From Bacillota bacterium (lineage in GTDB: Bacteria > Bacillota > Negativicutes > Sporomusales > Sporomusaceae): 64,000 nucleotides of DNA. The translations under genes and the position numbers were made by a program. Positions 56,272-64,000 of the stretch are shown piece by piece (positions within the stretch are counted from its first letter, which is position 1; every line of letters begins with the position of its first letter). A model generated the notes under the pieces. That model was not told the DNA's origin and made no database searches. It was given only the letters and a program-made list of their open reading frames with translations. The DNA lies in assembly GCA_023443285.1 (NCBI GenBank), contig JAEZVB010000128.1, forward strand, positions 3,385 through 67,384. Reading direction: 5' to 3'.

Positions 56272-56736
56272 ATGAACGAGATAACCTTTGCTACTAGTGA
56301 AGATGAAGAAGAATTACAGGATTTATTTACAACTTACGGCATGGGTCTTGCCGGCGATATTGAGGAACATGTACTAGTAAAGGCAGATAATAAGGTGTTG
56401 GCTGGGGCGATGTTATCTCAAATTGATTCGAACTTCTTTCATTTGTTAGTATTTGCCGTGAGAGAAGACGAGCGTAACAGCGGGAGTGGCAGTCAATTGC
56501 TGCAAGAACTGCTTAGAGAACCTGAAAAGTATTGTCGAACTCCATTTGACCACACGGACAGCTCTTATAAGGTTACAACAGTTGCCAAAGGTGATGCTGC
56601 CCGTTTTTATGAAAAAAATGGATTTATCGCCTGTGCTTTTACTGAACTAGTTGAGCCTTATGATGAACAATGTGTGGAATGTCCTGATAAAGCAGATTGT
56701 AAACCTGTCGCCATGATGATTACTTGTCATAAATAA
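56272..56736 (+). CDS. GNAT-family N-acetyltransferase
   Basis: 154 aa with ..R..G.GS.LL.. (ERNSGSGSQLLQELL) and the FYEKNGF motif. Confidence 0.7.
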   Translation: MNEITFATSEDEEELQDLFTTYGMGLAGDIEEHVLVKADNKVLAGAMLSQIDSNFFHLLVFAVREDERNSGSGSQLLQELLREPEKYCRTPFDHTDSSYKVTTVAKGDAARFYEKNGFIACAFTELVEPYDEQCVECPDKADCKPVAMMITCHK

Positions 56737-56772
56737 CCTGATAGGAATAGGTACAAAGAGGAGAGAACTGAC

Positions 56773-57561
56773 GTGGAAGCAACTTTTTTATTACTAGGGA
56801 CTGGTGCAGGTCCTGGCTTACCTTCCTTCTTCTGTGATTGCGTGGGATGCCAGGAAGCCAGAAGTAATCCTGAGTTAGCCAGAACACGCAGTGGAGCATT
56901 CATCGACACGGGTAATAGCAAGATTCTTATTGATGCTTCTCCTGATTTACGCCGTCAGCTTATCAGAGAAAACATTACCCAAGTTGACAGTATATTTATG
57001 ACTCATTGGCATTATGATCATTTTGGCGGACTGGGAGAACTTGAATATTATATTAAATTATCAAGAAATGTATCAATCAATCTATTTTTACCGCCAAGTG
57101 CCGTACCGCAGTTTAGCGATGCTTTTCCTAACCTGAGGGAAGTTTTTGTGGTTAAAGCATGGGAATTTGGCGAGAAATATTGTTTGGATGAAGTACAGTT
57201 GACTCCTTTGCCGGCAAATCATGGGATAGAAACGGCGGGATTTTTGTTGGAAACACCGGGTAATAAGCTGGCTTATTACCCGGATACCGCCGGACTTCCT
57301 GAAGCTAGCGCGGCGATGGTGCGCGGGGTTGATTGGTTAATCTGTGATGCGACTTTCCACGGCGAAAACTGGTTTCCGCACGCTCATATGTCCCTTGAAC
57401 AGGCAATTGAGCTTGGCAGGCAAATCGGAGCTAAAAAAACAGTGTTGACTCATTTGGCTATTCATTATAGTCAACCCGTAACTACCTCTCAGCTTGCTGA
57501 AGAAGTAGCCCGACATGAGAACGCTTGTGTCGCTTATGACGGAATGCGTATTAAGCTGTAA
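56773..57561 (+). CDS. MBL-fold metallohydrolase, PhnP/PqqB-like
   Basis: LLLGTGAGPGLPSFFCDCVGCQEAR N-terminal Cys motif and THWHYDHFGG (HxHxDH). Confidence 0.75.
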   Translation: MEATFLLLGTGAGPGLPSFFCDCVGCQEARSNPELARTRSGAFIDTGNSKILIDASPDLRRQLIRENITQVDSIFMTHWHYDHFGGLGELEYYIKLSRNVSINLFLPPSAVPQFSDAFPNLREVFVVKAWEFGEKYCLDEVQLTPLPANHGIETAGFLLETPGNKLAYYPDTAGLPEASAAMVRGVDWLICDATFHGENWFPHAHMSLEQAIELGRQIGAKKTVLTHLAIHYSQPVTTSQLAEEVARHENACVAYDGMRIKL

Positions 57562-57589
57562 AACGGTTTGCGGATAAGAGGTGGAAGTA

Positions 57590-58183
57590 ATGAAAAGGTC
57601 ACTTGGAACTAAATTATTTGCAATGCCTTCACCGGTATGGGTTGTTGGAAGCTATGATGCTGACGAGCATCCTAATATTATGACGATTGCATGGGGCGGA
57701 ATATGTTGTTCAGCTCCCCCGTGCATAGCGATTTCGTTGCGAAAGTCACGTTTGACGTATACTAATATTTTGCAGCAGAAAGCGTTTACGATTAATATAC
57801 CGTCAGTAAAACATATAGCGGAAACAGACTATATTGGCCTTGTTTCAGGAAAAGACACAAACAAATTTGCCGTGACTGGTCTTACTCCCGTGCGAAGTGA
57901 TAATGTGAATGCGCCTTATGTAAAAGAGTTTCCTTTAGCCTTTGAGTGCAAATTGCTTCATGCACTTGAAATGGGAGCGCATACGCAGTTTATCGGGCAA
58001 ATTCTTGGCGTCAAAGCAGATGAAGATGTTCTTGACCATAATGGAATGCCGATCGCCAGCCTGGTGAATCCGTTAATTAGCTGCACTTCAGACCGTGCTT
58101 ATTATGCGTTTGGCGAATATTTGGGTCAGGCATATTCTACCGGGCTAGCACTTGTGGATAAGCAAGAAGGCGGATTAAACTAG
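57590..58183 (+). CDS. flavin reductase-like (split-barrel FMN-binding) domain protein
   Basis: RBS GAGGTGG. PVWVVGSYD....PNIMTIAWGG is typical of Flavin_Reduct domains. Confidence 0.7.
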   Translation: MKRSLGTKLFAMPSPVWVVGSYDADEHPNIMTIAWGGICCSAPPCIAISLRKSRLTYTNILQQKAFTINIPSVKHIAETDYIGLVSGKDTNKFAVTGLTPVRSDNVNAPYVKEFPLAFECKLLHALEMGAHTQFIGQILGVKADEDVLDHNGMPIASLVNPLISCTSDRAYYAFGEYLGQAYSTGLALVDKQEGGLN

Positions 58184-58353
58184 GATATCATTTTGGCGGT
58201 TCCTAAAAGGAAACAGTTAGTTTCAAAATGACACAAAAATAATACAAATAAAACAAGGCTTTTCATAATAACTAAAGCAGCATTAGCGCTAGGATGACGG
58301 TAAAGAGTGTAGTTATAAGGATTTTTGTGGGTATAGGGTATTAAAAAAACTAT

Positions 58354-58369
58354 TGGCACGAATTTTGCG
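58354..58369 (+). promoter_or_regulatory. sigma-54 (-24/-12) promoter
   Basis: TGGCAC-GAATT-TTGCG, lying upstream of the moaA leader. Confidence 0.75.
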
Positions 58370-58389
58370 ATAAAAATATAATAACTGGA

Positions 58390-58508
58390 AACTGGCACTC
58401 CGGAACTGCAAGACCTAAAGTTATCCATGGTCTGGCAGTCTGAACTAGTGGTTCACGGGGTAGCGAAAGAAATTTTGCTATCTCCCAATCTTGGGAAGGA
58501 GGCGCTTC
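58390..58508 (+). ncRNA. probable Moco (molybdenum/tungsten cofactor) riboswitch aptamer
   Basis: Structured leader before moaA with CACUCCGG near the 5' end, internal hairpins (GGUCUGGCAG.., UAGCGAAAG..GCUA) and a 3' UCUCCCAAUCUUGGGAAGGAGG element. It was recognised from memory of the Moco motif and not scored with a covariance model. Confidence 0.5.
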
Positions 58509-58523
58509 ATGAGTTTGAACAAT

Positions 58524-58562
58524 AAACTTCTGTGCGCATCTGTACAGAAGTTTAATTTTTTT
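58524..58562 (+). terminator. intrinsic terminator (riboswitch expression platform) upstream of moaA
   Basis: Stem AAACTTCTGT / ACAGAAGTTT followed by AATTTTTTT, 50 nt before the moaA ATG. Confidence 0.7.
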
Positions 58563-58612
58563 GATTATTGAGACTAAATATCCGCTATATAGAGGAAGGA
58601 AGTGAATAAGCC

Positions 58613-59593
58613 ATGTTTGACAGTTATGCTCGAAATATTGATTATTTGCGTGTCTCTGTTACCAATAGGTGTAATTTACGATGCAAGTACTGTATGCCGG
58701 AAGAGGGTGTCGAAGATCTTGGTCATGGCAATATACTAAGCCTGGAAGAGATTGTTCGTCTTGTTAAGGTTGCTGCAAGGATTGGAATTCAAAAGGTAAG
58801 ACTAACAGGCGGCGAGCCGCTTGTTCGCAGAAATATTACCAAGCTTATTGCCGATATTGCCTGTATTCCGAAGATAAATGATATAGCGATTACGACAAAT
58901 GGTATGTTATTTGCCGACATGGCCGAGGAACTGAAGGCAGCTGGTTTGACAAGGGTGAATTTCAGTGTGGACAGCCTTGAAGAAGATAAGTTTCAATATA
59001 TAACCAGCCGGGGAAGCTTGCATGAAGTGGTGCGTTCTATTTCCAAGGCTTTGGAACTCGGGATGGCTCCGGTAAAAATTAATACTGTAGTAATGAAAGG
59101 CATTAATGATAATGAGATACTGGATTTTGTTGAATTAACCAGAAAATTGCCACTGCATGTACGGTTTATTGAGTTTATGCCTGTAGGCGATTTACCCTTC
59201 TATAAAACAGACCGGGTTGTATCAGTAAGTGAAATTAGAGAAATCATTGAACAAAAATATGAATTGTATAAAGAGGCTAATGTGCAAGGCAATGGTCCGG
59301 CCAAGTCCCATCGGGTGCGCGGTGGTCTGGGGACAGTTGGTTTTATCAGTGCCATGAGCAATCATTTTTGCAGTGAATGCAACCGGATTCGTATGACAGC
59401 TGACGGTAAACTCCGGGGATGTTTGTTTGGTAAAGAAGAGTTTAATTTAAGATTGGCTCTGCAAAATAATGCCAGTGATGAGATACTGACAGATATCTTT
59501 AGCAGGGCAATCAGGGAAAAGCCACAGCGCCATCATATGGATGAAGGCTGGGGAGAAGACAATAAACGCAAAATGTACCAAATAGGGGGATAA
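58613..59593 (+). CDS. moaA: GTP 3',8-cyclase (radical SAM) MoaA
   Basis: YLRVSVTNRCNLRCKYCMP radical-SAM motif, RLTGGEPL, and a C-terminal CSECNRIRMTADGKLRGCLF auxiliary cluster. Confidence 0.95.
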   Translation: MFDSYARNIDYLRVSVTNRCNLRCKYCMPEEGVEDLGHGNILSLEEIVRLVKVAARIGIQKVRLTGGEPLVRRNITKLIADIACIPKINDIAITTNGMLFADMAEELKAAGLTRVNFSVDSLEEDKFQYITSRGSLHEVVRSISKALELGMAPVKINTVVMKGINDNEILDFVELTRKLPLHVRFIEFMPVGDLPFYKTDRVVSVSEIREIIEQKYELYKEANVQGNGPAKSHRVRGGLGTVGFISAMSNHFCSECNRIRMTADGKLRGCLFGKEEFNLRLALQNNASDEILTDIFSRAIREKPQRHHMDEGWGEDNKRKMYQIGG

Positions 59594-59594
59594 A

Positions 59595-60074
59595 ATGGAA
59601 TTTACACATTTCAATAAGGCCGGTTATGCTTGCATGGTGGATGTCAGTGAAAAAAATGATACAGTACGCACTGCAATAGCCCAGGCGGTTATTCATATGC
59701 AACCAGCAACCTTGCAGGCGATAAAGAGTGGCGGTATAAAAAAAGGTGATGTTTTGGGAGTAGCACAGGTAGCCGGTATTATGGGAGCAAAACAAACGTC
59801 CGGTCTTATTCCCATGTGTCATCCCCTAATGTTGACTTCTGTAGATATTGAGTTTGAACTAGACGAAACGAATTCTAAGATAATTATCCGTTGTCAGGTT
59901 AAAACGACAGGGAAAACCGGCGTGGAAATGGAGGCTGTCAGTGGTGTTAGTGTAGCCGCTATGACAATTTACGATATGAGCAAAGCTGTTGATCGCTGGA
60001 TGAAAATCACAGATATTCAGCTAATGGAAAAAATGGGCGGCAAAAGCGGTCATGTTAAGCGACCGGCAGAGTGA
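59595..60074 (+). CDS. moaC: cyclic pyranopterin monophosphate synthase MoaC
   Basis: 159 aa with MVDVSEK, KGDVLGVAQVAGIMGAK.T..LIPMCHPL, TGKTGVEMEA and TIYDM.KA. Confidence 0.95.
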   Translation: MEFTHFNKAGYACMVDVSEKNDTVRTAIAQAVIHMQPATLQAIKSGGIKKGDVLGVAQVAGIMGAKQTSGLIPMCHPLMLTSVDIEFELDETNSKIIIRCQVKTTGKTGVEMEAVSGVSVAAMTIYDMSKAVDRWMKITDIQLMEKMGGKSGHVKRPAE

Positions 60075-60097
60075 GGCTAAAATATGGAGATGATACG

Positions 60098-60586
60098 ATG
60101 TATAAAACGGCTATCCTGATTCTCAGTGACAAAGGCTCCAGAGGTGAGCGGCAGGATCTAAGCGGTAAGCAGATTCAGCAATCCCTGGGGACTGAGTATA
60201 GTACCGAATATTACAAAATAATACCTGATGAAAAAGAACTGATTATAAAGGAACTTTGTTATATTTGCGATGAATTAGCGCCGGCGCTACTCATTACTTC
60301 CGGTGGGACTGGTTTTTCCAACCGTGATGTAACTCCTGATGCTACCAGAGAAGTAATTGAAAAAGCAGTTCCGGGAATACCGGAGGCTATGCGTTATTAC
60401 GGTTTGCAGAAAACACCTAAGGCAATGTTGTCAAGAGCGACAGCCGGAATCCGAGGCAAGACGCTGATTATCAATCTACCCGGCAGTGTCAAGGGAGTAC
60501 GCGAGTCGCTGGAAGCGATTGTTCCGGCTCTTGATCATGCACTAGATATTCTGCAGGGGACGGCTTCTGAATGTGGGCAGGGTTAG
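60098..60586 (+). CDS. MoaB/Mog-family molybdopterin adenylyltransferase-type protein
   Basis: ILILSDKGSRGERQDLSG, ITSGGTGFSNRDVTPDAT and LPGS.KGV motifs of the MoCF_biosynth domain. Confidence 0.85.
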   Translation: MYKTAILILSDKGSRGERQDLSGKQIQQSLGTEYSTEYYKIIPDEKELIIKELCYICDELAPALLITSGGTGFSNRDVTPDATREVIEKAVPGIPEAMRYYGLQKTPKAMLSRATAGIRGKTLIINLPGSVKGVRESLEAIVPALDHALDILQGTASECGQG

Positions 60587-60626
60587 CTAAAAATGAGTGT
60601 GCTTTACCAAATAGGAGGAATTGAGT

Positions 60627-61061
60627 ATGGCAAAAGTATTGGCTGTAAATATAAGTGAAAAAACGGGAGAAATAAAGCGCCCCATTGAAAAAGGATATTT
60701 TGAAGTAAATTCCGGTTTGCAGGGGGACGCCCATGCAGGTGACTGGCATAGACAGGTAAGTTTGCTGGGAAATGAAAGTATTGATAAGATTAGAAACCAG
60801 GGATTTAATCAGCTCGAACCAGGCAATTTTGCTGAGAATATTACCACGGAAGGCATTGTCTTATTTGAACTGCCGATAGGCACTAAGATTAAGATAGGTG
60901 AAACCCTGATGGAGGTGACACAGATAGGCAAGGAATGCCACAAGGGATGTGCCATACGGGAACAGACGGGTGACTGTGTTATGCCCAGAGAAGGCATATT
61001 TACTAAAGTACTTACGCCGGGCTGGATAAAAGCCGGTGACAGAATAGAAATAGCTAATTGA
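60627..61061 (+). CDS. MOSC-domain protein
   Basis: 144 aa with GLQGDAHAG.WHRQVSLL and GNFAENITTEGI beta-barrel motifs. RBS AGGAGG. Confidence 0.75.
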   Translation: MAKVLAVNISEKTGEIKRPIEKGYFEVNSGLQGDAHAGDWHRQVSLLGNESIDKIRNQGFNQLEPGNFAENITTEGIVLFELPIGTKIKIGETLMEVTQIGKECHKGCAIREQTGDCVMPREGIFTKVLTPGWIKAGDRIEIAN

Positions 61062-61093
61062 CTTTCGAAGGATAAATCGGGAGGGGAAAATCC

Positions 61094-62116
61094 ATGCAGA
61101 TTGTTAGAGTGGAAGAAGCTATTGGCAATGTGTTGTGCCATGATATAACCAGAATAGTACCAGGCGAGTTTAAAGGACAGGCCTTTAAAAAAGGGCATAT
61201 CATTACCGAAGAAGATATACCTGATCTTCTGAAGCTAGGGAAGGAACATCTCTATGTATGGGAGATGAAAAAAGGATTCTTGCATGAAAATGATGCCGGC
61301 TTGCGTCTTGCCCAGGCTGTAACAGGGCAAGGACTTAGCATGACAGAACCGGCAGAAGGCAAGGTTAATCTTATTGCCGAACATGATGGAATGTTTGCCG
61401 TTAATGAAGAGTTTTTAACGCAGATTAATATGATTGAAGAAATCGTTGTTGCCACCCGCAATAACAACAGGCCTGTGAAAAAGGGAGATAAAGTAGCGGC
61501 AGTCAGGGTTGTTCCGTTGCTTGTTGATGAAGGAAAAATCGAGATGATTGAGAGTCTGGCTAAGCATATCGAAGTGGTAGCCGTTAAACCGTTTCACCCT
61601 TATAAAGTCGGGATTATTACAACAGGTAGCGAAGTTTATCATGGACGGATAGAAGATAAGTTTGGGCCGGTTGTAAAAGCAAAGGTAGAAGGTTTTAACT
61701 GTCAGGTAATTGATCATATTCTTGTTCCAGATGATGCCGAGAAAATCGCACAGGCGGTTAAAGATTTACTGGCTAAAGGCGCTGAAATGATATTAACAAC
61801 CGGGGGTATGTCGGTTGACCCAGATGATGTCACTCCCAGTGGCATTAGAAAAGCCGGTGCCCGACTTGTAACCTATGGTGCGCCGGTACTGCCGGGAGCG
61901 ATGCTTATGGTGGCCTATTTGGGAAAAGTGCCTATTTTAGGGTTACCGGGCTGTGTAATGTACCATAAAACAACGGTGTTTGATCTTGTTTTACCATTGG
62001 TACTGACAGGACAGACAGTCACACGACCAATGATTGTAAAGCTGGGAATGGGTGGATTATGTCTGGAATGTGACGTTTGTCAGTATCCTGCCTGTTCATT
62101 TGGCACTGGGGCATGA
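61094..62116 (+). CDS. MoeA-related molybdopterin-binding (MoCF_biosynth domain) protein with a C-terminal CxxCxxC tail
   Basis: Central ..VGIITTGSEV...G...D..GP and ILTTGGMSVDPDDVTP motifs are present. It lacks the full MoeA domain set and ends CLECDVCQYPAC. Confidence 0.6.
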   Translation: MQIVRVEEAIGNVLCHDITRIVPGEFKGQAFKKGHIITEEDIPDLLKLGKEHLYVWEMKKGFLHENDAGLRLAQAVTGQGLSMTEPAEGKVNLIAEHDGMFAVNEEFLTQINMIEEIVVATRNNNRPVKKGDKVAAVRVVPLLVDEGKIEMIESLAKHIEVVAVKPFHPYKVGIITTGSEVYHGRIEDKFGPVVKAKVEGFNCQVIDHILVPDDAEKIAQAVKDLLAKGAEMILTTGGMSVDPDDVTPSGIRKAGARLVTYGAPVLPGAMLMVAYLGKVPILGLPGCVMYHKTTVFDLVLPLVLTGQTVTRPMIVKLGMGGLCLECDVCQYPACSFGTGA

Positions 62117-62138
62117 AGAAAATGCAGGAGGTGGAGAC

Positions 62139-63377
62139 ATGAGGATAGGTATTCCCTTGGAAGAAGCACAGAAATTATTACTTGATTTAATTCCGCCAGC
62201 CAAAGAGTGCCAAGTAACCTTAGAGAATGCTGTCGGCAGGGTTCTTAGCCAGGATATCCAGACAGCCATAAATTTGCCGCCCTTTGATAAGTCGCCGCTG
62301 GACGGCTATGCGCTGCAGGCAAAGGATACGCAAGCTGCGACTGCGGCCAAGCCTGTAATATTGGAGGTTATCGAAGAAGTGCGGGCTGGGTACATGCCGG
62401 CAAAGCAAGTAATTTCAGGAACCGCCATTAAAGTTATGACCGGGGCTCCTTTGCCTAAGGGCGCTGATGTAGTTATTAAATTTGAAGATGTAAACAGAAC
62501 CGGGAATGAGGTTGAAGTAGGTTACCCCCTTAAATCAGGCTGCAATATTATTCGGGCCGGTGAGGATGTCTGCCAGGGAGAAGTAGTTGCAACCAAGGGG
62601 ACAGTGTTAACTCCGCCGCTGGTGGGATTGCTGGCGGGAATTGGAGTAGCTGCGGTACCGGTGGTTAGCAAAACAAAAGTGGCTATTCTCAGTACTGGTG
62701 ATGAAGTAATCGATCCTACCGAAGAGCTAAAGCCAGGGAAGATTTATAATTCCAACTTGCACAGTCTTAGTGCTTATTGTTCGCAACTGGGGGCCGCGCC
62801 ACTGACCATCGGCATTGTGCCTGATGAAGAAAGCGCTATTGTGGAACGCATTACGCAGGCACTGGAGTTGTCCGACATAGTCATTACTACCGGCGGTGTA
62901 TCTGTTGGGGATTATGACATTGTACCGGTCGCTCTAAAAAAAATCGGCGCAGACATTATTTTTTGGAAAGTAGATATGAAACCAGGTTCACCGGTTATAG
63001 CAGCGCAATACAAGAATAAATTAATTATTGGTCTTTCTGGAAATCCGGCAGCCGCATTCATAACTTTTGATTTAATTGTTGTACCGTTAATCAAAAAAAT
63101 GATGGGGTTTGAAAAAGAGTTACCGCATAAATTTTCGGCTATTTTAGGAGACGATTTTAATAAATCGAGTGAACAGCGGCGGTTTTTGCGAGCAAAAGTG
63201 CAAAAACTGAATGATATTAATTATGTAAAACTTACGGGAGAACAAAGTAATGGAGTTCTCAAATCCATGGTTGCCTGCAATGTACTTATTGACGTGCCGG
63301 CAGGCAGTGGCCCGTTACAGGTTGGACAAGAAGTCTCGGCCGTAATGGTGGGCAGCGGCAGTGATTTCTTGCTGTAA
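62139..63377 (+). CDS. moeA: molybdopterin molybdenum/tungsten transferase MoeA
   Basis: 412 aa with PPFDKSPLDGYA, G.AIKVMTGAPLP.GAD, ILSTGDEV...E.L.PGKIYNSN, ITTGGVSVGDYD and GLSGNPAA. Confidence 0.9.
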   Translation: MRIGIPLEEAQKLLLDLIPPAKECQVTLENAVGRVLSQDIQTAINLPPFDKSPLDGYALQAKDTQAATAAKPVILEVIEEVRAGYMPAKQVISGTAIKVMTGAPLPKGADVVIKFEDVNRTGNEVEVGYPLKSGCNIIRAGEDVCQGEVVATKGTVLTPPLVGLLAGIGVAAVPVVSKTKVAILSTGDEVIDPTEELKPGKIYNSNLHSLSAYCSQLGAAPLTIGIVPDEESAIVERITQALELSDIVITTGGVSVGDYDIVPVALKKIGADIIFWKVDMKPGSPVIAAQYKNKLIIGLSGNPAAAFITFDLIVVPLIKKMMGFEKELPHKFSAILGDDFNKSSEQRRFLRAKVQKLNDINYVKLTGEQSNGVLKSMVACNVLIDVPAGSGPLQVGQEVSAVMVGSGSDFLL

Positions 63378-63422
63378 GAGCGACAAAGGTAATGGATAAC
63401 GCTGGGTTAAAATAGTTTTTTT

Positions 63423-63457
63423 AGTAAATCAGAAAGGCAAATGCTTTCTGATTTACT
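63423..63457 (+). terminator. 14-bp hairpin after moeA (possible terminator, no 3' U-tract)
   Basis: AGTAAATCAGAAAG / CTTTCTGATTTACT with loop GCAAATG. The T-run lies on the 5' side only. Confidence 0.35.
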
Positions 63458-63535
63458 AAGTTAACTTAGCTCCTTTAAGCAGGTAAGCTTGGATTATGAG
63501 CAAGTTATCTTAAATCTTATGAGGGAGGTATAATC

Positions 63536-64000
63536 TTGAAAGGATTTCAGAAACAGGAGTTAACCGGCGTTATTGAAATTGACCGCAAGACATGTAAGGG
63601 CTGTGATTCGTGTAAGGCATTCTGTCCCACAGACGCAATTGAGGGCAAGTATGGTGCCATTCACAAAATCAACAGCGAAAAATGTATTTCTTGTGGTCAA
63701 TGCCTTGTCAACTGTCCGTTTGGCGCTCCCAAAGACACAGTTGACGTTGTGGATAAGGTTATTGATAAACTAAAGAACAAGCAGTTGACTGTTGTCGCTA
63801 CCATTGCTCCGGCTGTTCGCGTTGCGATTGGTGAGGAGTTCGGAATGGAACCAGGCAGCCTAGTCACGGAAAAAATGTATGGAGCCATGAAGCAGGCAGG
63901 CTTTAAAGTTCTTGATACCAACTTTACCGCCGACCAAACCATTATGGAAGAAGGCATGGAGCTTATTGGCAAGATCCGTCACTATGCATTAGGTGAGCCT
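63536..64000 (+). CDS. [FeFe]-hydrogenase catalytic subunit, 3'-partial (runs off the window)
   Basis: TTG start 7 nt after GAGGGAGG. The N-terminal 2x[4Fe-4S] motifs CKGCDSCKAFCP / CISCGQCLVNCP are followed by the H-domain start VATIAPAVRVAIGEEFG...TNFTADQTIMEEG. Confidence 0.8.
   Translation, partial: MKGFQKQELTGVIEIDRKTCKGCDSCKAFCPTDAIEGKYGAIHKINSEKCISCGQCLVNCPFGAPKDTVDVVDKVIDKLKNKQLTVVATIAPAVRVAIGEEFGMEPGSLVTEKMYGAMKQAGFKVLDTNFTADQTIMEEGMELIGKIRHYALGEP

Noticed and set aside
1-64000. CRISPR arrays, rRNA or tRNA genes
   Set aside because: No direct-repeat/spacer periodicity and no cloverleaf-like or rRNA-like conserved stretches were noticed in any intergenic region. This was a visual scan only, so tRNAscan or Infernal should confirm it.

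Overview
This looks like a chromosomal segment from an anaerobic Firmicute (Clostridia or Negativicutes type). All product calls rest on motifs recognised by eye, because no database search was possible.

(1) 1-9.9 kb holds the late arm of a long-tailed prophage: a G/GT chaperone pair with a CCCAAAC slippery site, the tape measure gene, tail genes, a holin and an Amidase_3 endolysin. The prophage is visibly broken. The 4.9-kb block 4188..9097 is inverted, which splits both the endolysin and a tail gene. Re-inverting exactly that block restores both reading frames.

(2) 10.1-14.8 kb holds four orphan genes in two translationally coupled pairs (552 aa + 439 aa; a 2-TM 375-aa protein + 56 aa). 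They sit between the lysis cassette and codY. I could not place them in any family, and they are my best candidate for an undescribed phage-carried (defence or moron) system.

(3) 15.3-29.3 kb is housekeeping: codY, a STAS protein, a thioesterase and an internally deleted murI pseudogene. It also holds a cluster of a CofE-like protein, a 2-hydroxyacyl-CoA-dehydratase-like protein with its activase, a hydantoinase-like protein and an HDAC-like protein, then rph-rdgB-yfcE and nrdJ behind two NrdR boxes.

(4) 29.4-34.3 kb holds small redox genes, an HxlR regulator, a decayed IS200-type element, an MFS transporter and an ABC ATPase fragment.

(5) 34.3-63.4 kb is a dense sigma-54 island:
- an AcoR-like activator and at least seven -24/-12 promoters;
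- two paralogous Tat-less bis-PGD Mo/W oxidoreductases, one alpha-beta and one alpha-beta-gamma with HdrD-like and DUF169-ferredoxin partners;
- two DUF2064 paralogues, transporters and an MCP;
- a Moco biosynthesis operon behind a Moco-riboswitch-like leader.

The window ends in a partial [FeFe] hydrogenase gene. I saw no rRNA, tRNA or CRISPR.
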